Assembly: GCA_021443605.1 (NCBI GenBank)
Contig: JABUTQ010000051.1
Span: 1 to 56,086, forward strand
Length of the DNA: 56,086 nt
Origin: Bacteroidales bacterium
GTDB lineage: Bacteria; Bacteroidota; Bacteroidia; Bacteroidales; UBA932
Direction of reading: 5' to 3'
Position numbers and translations under genes: made by a program. Each line of letters opens with the position of its first letter. Positions within the stretch are counted from its first letter, which is position 1. A model generated the notes under the pieces. It saw only the letters and a list, made by a program, of their open reading frames with translations, had not been told where the DNA came from and did no database searches. Positions 1 to 6,145 of the stretch are shown here, one piece after another.

Positions 1-190
1 ACGTGCGTGGTGACGCGGCGTAATGACGGTGTGGCAATTTCGTCATCCTGAGTGGCTTTGGCCCGAAGGATCGCCATGTGCGCGGGTAGATTCTTCGGCT
101 TCGCCTCAGAATGACGTGCGTGGTGACGCAGCGTAATGACGGCGTGGCAATTTCGTCATCCTGAGGGCTTTAGCCCGAAGGATCTCCTAT
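1..190. repeat. Cluster of short intergenic repeats (core CGTCATYCTGAG). Two ~72-nt direct copies (1-72, 114-185) and an inverted core at 105-116. Truncated by the window edge.
   Basis: Direct reading: 1-72 and 114-185 are near-identical. The core cgtcatcctgag occurs at 41-52 and 154-165, and its reverse complement ctcagaatgacg at 105-116. The reverse complement of 60-116 is near-identical to 2661-2717. Confidence 0.85.
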
Positions 191-191
191 T

Positions 192-2276
192 TTACTGCCC
201 TGCCGAAGGCTTCTTCGCCATCGGGAACTTGTAGTTGTTATCGATGATTGCCTGAGGCAGGAGATCACCATGAACCTGATAATAAGGAGCGGTTAAAGTT
301 CCGCTTCCACTTTGGCGTGTTCCGGCAAAGTCCATTACAACAATACCAACGGATCCTACAGGCTTTGTGTAAGAAGTGGTTCCTATCTTGGCAGTGCCTG
401 TCAGATAATCAAAGGCGAACTGATTGGAATCCTCAGCATTCTTACGATAGGCATTGGTTGTTGAAAGACCAAGGTTACTTCTATATCCGGAGCAGTGGTT
501 GATGACCCATTCATTGACCAGTGCAGGATTTGTATGGTGGGTTGCTGTCCTGTCCATCAACGCCTTAATCCTGTTCAGCTTTTCATTCTGGTCACTGAAA
601 GAATAGTAGTCATTTACCTCAAGCCTCGCAGTATTGTTGCCATTATATACAGAAGCAGGAGTACCGGTAGTCAAAGTGCTTTCATTACCCGGGAAGCTTG
701 AAATATATGCTCCCACTGGACCGTTAGTATATTGAGTTCTTGACATAACAATTATCTTCTTGCGACACTCCCCAACTGTCAGATCTGCCCTGAACGGAAT
801 GGTATAGCCAGAATATCCATCAAGGAATGATTTCATATTCGGAACAAATTTATCAGTATCCTTACCACTACTAGGCGTCTCATCTTCGTGACGCATAATA
901 ACGAGGGCAAATTCACCAGGATTTGCATTCAAATAAGCAACAATTTCATCGAATGCAGCTTTCAGAGAATACTCTGTAGAGGTAATACCATGATATATCC
1001 AGAATTCGTTATACAAATCAATCCCGAAGACTTCAACATGTCTCCAAGCCGGACGCAGGTCAAAAAACCTAATACCGATATTCAACTGATTCGTTAAGTC
1101 AAAGTCCTGTGTCTGACCGGCATTGAACAATGATGTTCCTTTACCGGTACCGGCATCGTGCGTGCCAGGGATAGAAAGCTGAGATACATAGATATCATCG
1201 TCAAGCGGAGTCATCCAGGCGTTTGCCGCTCCCTGAACAGGATTGATATTCGGCAGATTTATGGCACGCTTTGCGCTTGCAGCCACCACTATCTCACCCG
1301 CAGTCTTACCTATGGTCAAAGTTTTGTTGATGGCGCTTGTATTGTTCTTCGCCTGCGCGTGGATACGGATTTTAGCCGTCTTAGTGTCGCCAATGGCGTT
1401 TGGAGGGAGCATCACGGTAAGTTTCACGCTCTGCCCGGTTGTAAGGTCGATGAAACCGTGAGGATTGGCGCTGTCTCTGATGTCGTTGATACCAATGAAT
1501 ACCATAACTTCTTCCTTTGAGCCGGTATCCACCATCTGGCCATTCACAATGTCATATTTAAACTCGGTGTCTGAAACTTTGTTGGTCAGTTGGAAAGTCA
1601 AAGAGATACCTGTCAATGCCAAGACTGCGCCAGACTCGGTTGGCCCGTTGACAACGATGTCGAGGGTGGTCATGATGGGGCTGAACTGAAGCCCTACGCT
1701 CTCGGTATAGGCTGTAGTATTCTTTGCCACCATATAAGCATTCTGCTGCATATTTGGCTCTGCTGTGTACTGGTTGCTTGTAGCATCAGCCGTAATGTCG
1801 CAGGTCTGGTTGAAGTTGATTGGGAAGGTGGCTATGCCGTCTTCGTCAATCGAAACTCCGGTAGATGGATATGTGGCATAGAAGTCGATTAGCGCCGTAT
1901 CGTCTCCCTTCCAGATGATCGGTTCTTCAGGAGCGATAAGTTCAGCGGAAGTCCTGTAGTCATATCCTTCTGTCTCTGATGTGGTCGCAATAGTATAGAT
2001 GCCCGACTCGGCACCTTCGGTGCTCGCGTTGGGGCTGTAAATCAGCACGTCGTCACCGGCTGTCCAGTAAACAGGCCAACCATGGGTTTCGGTGTTTTGA
2101 GTGCCGTATTCAGTCTTTGTGGCCGGTGCGCCTGCGCCGAAATGTACTGCACGACCTTTAATTTCGGTGACGTTGCTGTTGTCGCTGTCATTGACGTTGG
2201 GTTCCTTTTGGCAGCTTGCAGATATGCCAACGCAGAGGACCATTGCCATAAATGCGTATATAAATCTTTTCATCAT
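192..2276 (-). CDS. Surface lipoprotein with a fimbrillin-like N-terminal region fused to a PI-PLC X-domain phosphodiesterase
   Basis: Lipoprotein signal peptide MMKRFIYAFMAMVLCVGISASC. The C-terminal ~330 aa align by eye with Bacillus cereus PI-PLC (WM.P...LSIPGTHDAGT, IRFFDLRP, WIYHG, NPGEFALVIM, RKKIIVMSR, VNDYY, VGIVVMDF), including both catalytic His contexts. The N-terminal half carries an Mfa/fimbrillin-like ATKTEYG...WTAGDDVLIYS pattern. Confidence 0.8.
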   Translation of the reverse strand: MMKRFIYAFMAMVLCVGISASCQKEPNVNDSDNSNVTEIKGRAVHFGAGAPATKTEYGTQNTETHGWPVYWTAGDDVLIYSPNASTEGAESGIYTIATTSETEGYDYRTSAELIAPEEPIIWKGDDTALIDFYATYPSTGVSIDEDGIATFPINFNQTCDITADATSNQYTAEPNMQQNAYMVAKNTTAYTESVGLQFSPIMTTLDIVVNGPTESGAVLALTGISLTFQLTNKVSDTEFKYDIVNGQMVDTGSKEEVMVFIGINDIRDSANPHGFIDLTTGQSVKLTVMLPPNAIGDTKTAKIRIHAQAKNNTSAINKTLTIGKTAGEIVVAASAKRAINLPNINPVQGAANAWMTPLDDDIYVSQLSIPGTHDAGTGKGTSLFNAGQTQDFDLTNQLNIGIRFFDLRPAWRHVEVFGIDLYNEFWIYHGITSTEYSLKAAFDEIVAYLNANPGEFALVIMRHEDETPSSGKDTDKFVPNMKSFLDGYSGYTIPFRADLTVGECRKKIIVMSRTQYTNGPVGAYISSFPGNESTLTTGTPASVYNGNNTARLEVNDYYSFSDQNEKLNRIKALMDRTATHHTNPALVNEWVINHCSGYRSNLGLSTTNAYRKNAEDSNQFAFDYLTGTAKIGTTSYTKPVGSVGIVVMDFAGTRQSGSGTLTAPYYQVHGDLLPQAIIDNNYKFPMAKKPSAGQ

Positions 2277-2316
2277 TGTTGCGTTTTTTTCAGTTTATAC
2301 TTTGTTCTGCTTGATG

Positions 2317-2490
2317 TTAATCCCAATCTGTTGGTGCAAATGGATTATCATAGCCCTCCTGTTCTGTGATGGTGGTGCCCCCTGTAACGTCAACTTCTCT
2401 ATCGGAAGCGGCCATCAGGGCCGACTCCACCACAATTTTAAACTCCTGTGTCACCGGAGTTTCATACTGACTGAATTTTGTTCTTTTCAT
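2317..2490 (-). CDS. Small acidic protein of 57 aa, below the 60-aa cutoff of the ORF track. Hypothetical.
   Basis: My own translation: ATG at 2488-2490, TAA at 2317-2319, MKRTKFSQYETPVTQEFKIVVESALMAASDREVDVTGGTTITEQEGYDNPFAPTDWD. A perfect -7 box lies 35 nt upstream. The ORF ends 40 nt before the lipoprotein start. No homolog recognised. Confidence 0.35.
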   Translation of the reverse strand: MKRTKFSQYETPVTQEFKIVVESALMAASDREVDVTGGTTITEQEGYDNPFAPTDWD

Positions 2491-2524
2491 CTATATATAT
2501 TCTATTGTTGGCGTAACAATTTTG

Positions 2525-2532
2525 CAAAGTTA
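2525..2532 (-). promoter_or_regulatory. Bacteroidetes -7 promoter box TAACTTTG
   Basis: Plus-strand caaagtta is TAACTTTG on the minus strand and matches the TAnnTTTG consensus. It is placed to drive the small ORF and the PI-PLC lipoprotein gene. Confidence 0.5.
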
Positions 2533-2619
2533 ATAATAATAATAATAGGTGCAAAAAAATTGCAGATTTTGAGATTTCTCTGTAAATTATGGAGTTCCCC
2601 GCTGGCATTCTAAGGCGCA

Positions 2620-2750
2620 AGCCTTCGTCAGAGGCGAATCATTCTGAGCCGAAGGCTATTCGTCATTCTGAGGCGAAGGCGAAGAATCTATCCACGCACA
2701 TGGAGATCCTTCGGGCTGAAGCCCTCAGGATGACGAATACCACGCCGCCA
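2620..2750. repeat. Second cluster of the CGTCATYCTGAG repeat family, inverted relative to cluster 1
   Basis: Core cgtcattctgag at 2661-2672 and inverted core ctcaggatgacg at 2724-2735. The segment 2661-2717 is about 90 percent identical by eye to the reverse complement of 60-116. Confidence 0.85.
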
Positions 2751-2817
2751 TTCATGAGTGAATATGGAAAGATAAACCGGCCCAACAGCGATGAGAGGTC
2801 GGAAGTTTTCGTGTACT

Positions 2818-2846
2818 AAAAAAGGCCCTCCATTTTGGATAGGCCT
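2818..2846 (-). terminator. Weak intrinsic terminator candidate after the three-gene operon
   Basis: On the minus strand a 5-bp stem (aggcc/ggcct) with a 14-nt loop is followed by TTTTTT, 27 nt downstream of the stop at 2873. The stem is short. Confidence 0.3.
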
Positions 2847-2872
2847 GCCGAATTTCATGTATTTTTGACCGC

Positions 2873-3304
2873 TTATTTGTTTACGGTTTTTGGTGTCACA
2901 ATCATGTCATTCTTAACGATCTCTGTCAGGTTCATAAGAGGAACTGTGTAGTTGTTGAGATTTGTGGCCTCGGTTTTGGCGAATTGTGCCCCCCTTGCCG
3001 CACCTAATGTAACGGTTGCCAAATGCTGAAGGAAACTATCAGGAATAACGATATTGCCGTTTTCCTGGGTCATTTCTTTCCAGCTTGCCGGTGCTACATC
3101 AAAATAGCACTCAATAACCATCACCATAACAGGCTCTTCTCCGTTGAGATAGGAAATCTTCAACGAGTTTCTGATTGATTGAATCTGATCATCTATTGAA
3201 AAGTTCACCTCATAATCAACGCGGAGAGGATTGGCAAAAGCCTCATCCTTTAATATCGCAAACTGAGGAATACTTATGCGATTTAATTTAAATTGTATAG
3301 CCAT
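2873..3304 (-). CDS. Hypothetical 143-aa protein, SecB-like chaperone candidate. Third gene of the toxin-antitoxin operon.
   Basis: ATG at 3302-3304, 3 nt after the antitoxin stop. By-eye resemblance to SecB: FKLNRISIPQFAIL against FQIQRIYTKDISFE, a central beta-rich segment, and C-terminal GAARGAQFAKTEATNLNNYTVPLMNLTEIV against [30 protein letters not shown]. Not computed. Confidence 0.45.
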   Translation of the reverse strand: MAIQFKLNRISIPQFAILKDEAFANPLRVDYEVNFSIDDQIQSIRNSLKISYLNGEEPVMVMVIECYFDVAPASWKEMTQENGNIVIPDSFLQHLATVTLGAARGAQFAKTEATNLNNYTVPLMNLTEIVKNDMIVTPKTVNK

Positions 3305-3307
3305 AAC

Positions 3308-3766
3308 TTAAGCGTATGAGTTTTCTGGATATTGTGCGAATAGTTGTGTGATGAAAGGGATGGCATTGTCTGATTGCTTTGAGAATGCCAATGTTGGAAA
3401 TGTCATCCATTTTCGATTGATGATTGATTCAGCGGAAGTTACGACAATAGAAGCAGAAACATCTGCCACTTCCATTAAGTTTACTCCTAAAGCCATTTCC
3501 AATTTGGAAATAGTTTCAAGAGTCAGATTTTCGGTCCCTTTTACAATTCTGCTTACGTACTGAGCCCTTACTCCCATTCGCTCTGCAAGTTCCTGTTTTG
3601 TCATTTTTTTCTTGCGGAGAAATGAAAGAACGGCAAAAGCGATCTTTGCAGATTTATCCAACCATGCTTCATTTTCCTCAAGTTCTTCAACTACCTTTAG
3701 CCAATCTACTGAGGAAGATGGTTGCGTGACGGCCTTAAAATATTCTTCGCTAGTCTGTGTGTTCAT
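3308..3766 (-). CDS. XRE-family helix-turn-helix protein, HigA-like antitoxin candidate with a ~55-aa C-terminal tail
   Basis: Clear HTH segment MTKQELAERMGVRAQYVSRIVKGTENLTLETISKLEMALGVNL. The start overlaps the upstream toxin-like gene by 17 nt. Confidence 0.8.
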   Translation of the reverse strand: MNTQTSEEYFKAVTQPSSSVDWLKVVEELEENEAWLDKSAKIAFAVLSFLRKKKMTKQELAERMGVRAQYVSRIVKGTENLTLETISKLEMALGVNLMEVADVSASIVVTSAESIINRKWMTFPTLAFSKQSDNAIPFITQLFAQYPENSYA

Positions 3767-4343
3767 TGGTTCTGTTGATTAAATCTTCTTTTGTATATAG
3801 TTTTTCTTTCTTTAGCCAGTCTTGCGCGCTCTCGATTAACCTCATCTCTTTATTGAGAGCAGTGTCTTTTTTGTTCCTAACCTTAACCTTTATGCCCCCA
3901 CCTGTAACTACATATCCGGGCAAATCACCTTTTGTTTTCGAATCAATTCTAATGCCGTATAATCGAAAGACAGAAGAAATGTCGGTCTCTGAATAACCGT
4001 ATAATTCTCGTCTATGTTCAGAGTCGGGATCGATAGGAACCCTATATAAACATTTGAACTTTTCTACGAGGTTTGGTGTTATCCCTTTTCGGCCATTTTT
4101 ATAATATGAGATAAAATCTGTCAAGAATCGTTTGGCTTCCTTGTGGGCCGATTCTTTTACTTCTTGAACAGTATGGCCTGCGTAATAGGGATTGTTCTTT
4201 ATATAATCGAAATTTTGCTCAAAAAATTCATCAATGAACTCTGGATCAAGCCATTTCCTCATCAGTTGTGAAAAACGATTGTCGTTTTCCCCTGTGAGTA
4301 TTATACTCCACACTTGATCCGGTAATACATTGGCTATATCCAT
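3750..4343 (-). CDS. RelE/ParE-superfamily (Gp49/HigB-like) toxin candidate with a ~95-aa N-terminal extension
   Basis: The C-terminal FRLYGIRIDSKTKGDLPGYVVTGGGIKVKVRNKKDTALNKEMRLIESAQDWL resembles the Gp49/killer-protein core (yRv.y...ivlLlcGGdKstQ.kDI..A). It sits first in the operon, directly upstream of the HTH gene. Confidence 0.5.
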   Translation of the reverse strand: MDIANVLPDQVWSIILTGENDNRFSQLMRKWLDPEFIDEFFEQNFDYIKNNPYYAGHTVQEVKESAHKEAKRFLTDFISYYKNGRKGITPNLVEKFKCLYRVPIDPDSEHRRELYGYSETDISSVFRLYGIRIDSKTKGDLPGYVVTGGGIKVKVRNKKDTALNKEMRLIESAQDWLKKEKLYTKEDLINRTNEHTD

Positions 4344-4344
4344 A

Positions 4345-4362
4345 CTAAACTTATAAGTTTAG
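4345..4362. promoter_or_regulatory. Perfect 18-bp palindrome CTAAACTTATAAGTTTAG, candidate operator
   Basis: ctaaactta/taagtttag is exactly self-complementary. It begins 2 nt upstream of the toxin ATG (4341-4343). Imperfect -7-like boxes lie at 4363-4370 (GACCTTTG) and 4391-4398 (TTTATTTG) on the minus strand. Confidence 0.5.
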
Positions 4363-4443
4363 CAAAGGTCTACTTTTTTATTGATATGTGCAAATAAATT
4401 TGGAGATTTGCCGAAACAGGATGACGGTCACCCCCCTCGCCGC

Positions 4444-5736
4444 TTAGTCTTTAAGACATGCCAGTGGGATAACCTTTACACCATCAGGACGAGTATATGC
4501 CATTTGCCCTCCGGTCAAGATGAGTAGTAAGTCAGGTTCTCGCAGAGGGACCTGTTGTTCATCCTTATTATGTTCCTCTATCAGTTGCTTGAGTTCCAAG
4601 AGATGTGCAGCACCATCGTTAATTTCTTGACTGCCTAGTTTGCATTCAATTAGCGCATATCGACCATCTGCAAGATGCAATACGAGGTCTGCTTCCAGTC
4701 CATATCTGTCATGATAATAGGATATGTGACTATCAAATTCGGTTGTATATGCCCGTAAATCTCTGATGCACATTTGTTCGAAAATAAAACCAAATGTCTT
4801 TAACTGTACTTCTAATGACTCGGCACTTTGACCTAACGCAGCAACAGCTATTGAAGGATCGGAGAAACAGCGTTTTGGTGTGCTGCGAATAGCAGTTTTG
4901 CTACGAATAGCCGGACACCACGCATCAATGTCTTGTATGACGAACAATTTTTCAAGGGCATTCACATAGTCATCAAAAGTATCCATGGATAGTGAGATAT
5001 CCCCAGATGCAGTTATGTCTGTCAGAATACTTATCTTTTTTGCCATTGTGCTGATATTCCTTGCATAGGACTTCAATATTTGTTTGGCAATCTTTGGATT
5101 TCTACGTCTCCCGTCAACTGCAGAGATATCATTGTTACAGATACTGTTAACATAGTCTTTTGCTATCATCATGCTTGCTTTTTCACTCATCTGAAGGGTA
5201 ACAGGCCATCCCCCTCGGCAAGCCACACGAATCAACTCCGGAATATCAAGTTTGCTTGTTGAGCCATCAATGTTGTAGGATTTATTGTCAAATAGTTCAC
5301 GGACTGAAACCATGCCCGACGACTCCTTTGACTCCCAAAGGCTCATAGGAAAGAACTTCATTCTGCTGATGCGACCTGTGCCTGTGTGTCCAATTTTTGA
5401 TTTGTCCACAGTGTTGCTACCTGTCAGCAAAAACTGTCCTGGGAGTCCGCCACTATCATCCACGGCCAACCTGACAGCATCCCAAATCTTTGGAGCATCT
5501 TGCCACTCGTCAATGAGACGTGGCTTCTCACCCTTTAATAGAAGAGATGGCATAGTTGCGGCTGTTTCAAGATATTCATCTTGTTTATCAGGATCTTGCA
5601 ACTTAATTACACTCTTGGCGTGCTGCATAGCCGTAGTAGTTTTTCCAGTCCATTTAGGCCCTTCTATCAGTATAGCACCGAATGCCTCGAGTCTATCTTG
5701 CAGCATCTGGTCTGCTATTCTTGGCAGGTATTCCAT
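4444..5736 (-). CDS. ATP-binding protein of the AAA_14 plus DUF4143 type
   Basis: Walker A EGPKWTGKTTTA. The 430-aa length and C-terminal pattern (RYGLEADLVL...YALIECKLG, a PD-(D/E)xK-like E-x-K) are typical of the COG1373 family that is abundant in Bacteroidales. Confidence 0.8.
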   Translation of the reverse strand: MEYLPRIADQMLQDRLEAFGAILIEGPKWTGKTTTAMQHAKSVIKLQDPDKQDEYLETAATMPSLLLKGEKPRLIDEWQDAPKIWDAVRLAVDDSGGLPGQFLLTGSNTVDKSKIGHTGTGRISRMKFFPMSLWESKESSGMVSVRELFDNKSYNIDGSTSKLDIPELIRVACRGGWPVTLQMSEKASMMIAKDYVNSICNNDISAVDGRRRNPKIAKQILKSYARNISTMAKKISILTDITASGDISLSMDTFDDYVNALEKLFVIQDIDAWCPAIRSKTAIRSTPKRCFSDPSIAVAALGQSAESLEVQLKTFGFIFEQMCIRDLRAYTTEFDSHISYYHDRYGLEADLVLHLADGRYALIECKLGSQEINDGAAHLLELKQLIEEHNKDEQQVPLREPDLLLILTGGQMAYTRPDGVKVIPLACLKD

Positions 5737-5758
5737 AGTTTCTAAATATTTACAAGTG

Positions 5759-5766
5759 CAAAGATA
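5759..5766 (-). promoter_or_regulatory. -7 promoter box TATCTTTG for the ATPase gene
   Basis: Plus-strand caaagata, 23 nt upstream of the ATG at 5736. Matches TAnnTTTG. Confidence 0.45.
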
Positions 5767-5789
5767 TGATTTTCAGTGGAATCGGGCAA

Positions 5790-5829
5790 TTTATTCGGTG
5801 TTTTTGAGATATTTTATTCGGTGTTTTTG
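5790..5829. repeat. Two perfect 17-nt direct repeats TTTATTCGGTGTTTTTG with a 23-nt period
   Basis: The copies at 5790-5806 and 5813-5829 are identical. They lie just upstream of the ATPase -7 box. Confidence 0.9.
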
Positions 5830-5871
5830 TGCCATATCATTTGATGTTCTTGTGGATACGAAACGGACTTT

Positions 5872-6056
5872 CTGCAAGCAGTACAAAGATTCTTCGCTGA
5901 CGCTCAGAATGACGTGCTGCTGTCGCTCAGAATGACAAGTCGCTGCCGCTCAGAATGACGTGCTGCTCGGGGAATTCTTCGCTGTCGCTCAGAATGACGT
6001 GCTGCTCGGGGAGATTCTTCGCTGACGCTCAGAATGACGTGCCGCTGACGCTCAGA
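5872..6056. repeat. Third cluster of the same repeat family. Six same-orientation cores CTCAGAATGAC.
   Basis: Cores start at 5892, 5915, 5938, 5977, 6017 and 6040, with spacings of 23, 23, 39, 40 and 23 nt. They are embedded in repeated gattcttcgctgacgctcagaatgacgtgctgctcgggg units. Confidence 0.9.
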
Positions 6057-6145
6057 ATGACACGCCGGAATGGAGGCAGAGCCCCCTAAATAAAAAGAGA
6101 GAGCCAAGACGGCCCTCTCCTTTCAATATTCAGATTAACAAGAAT

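Noticed and set aside
2531-2547. (TAA)5 microsatellite and an adjacent tgcaa-aaaaa-ttgca dyad in the lipoprotein upstream region
   Set aside because: Very short AT-only features of this kind are expected by chance in AT-rich promoter DNA. They lie upstream of the -7 box with no clear role.
2589-2819. 76-aa plus-strand ORF (MEFPAGILRRKPSSEANHSEPKAIRHSEAKAKNL...)
   Set aside because: It is a read-through of repeat cluster 2. Its sequence is dictated by the CGTCATTCTGAG-type repeats, it has no promoter or family resemblance, and such repeat-derived ORFs are known artefacts.
5285-5935. 216-aa plus-strand ORF antisense to the DUF4143 ATPase and running into the repeat cluster
   Set aside because: It is a shadow ORF of an AT-rich gene. 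It is Ser/Cys-rich with no motifs and crosses the ATPase promoter.
5872-6056. Possible CRISPR array, suggested by regularly spaced short repeats
   Set aside because: The repeats are only 11-14 nt. The 'spacers' (23 and 39-40 nt) are themselves repeated sequence. No cas genes or leader are present, and the same core occurs in both orientations at 1-190 and 2620-2750.
5904-6107. 67-aa minus-strand ORF (…HSERQRHVILSVSEE…HSERQR…)
   Set aside because: It is entirely the translation of the six tandem repeat cores in cluster 3, so it is not a plausible gene.
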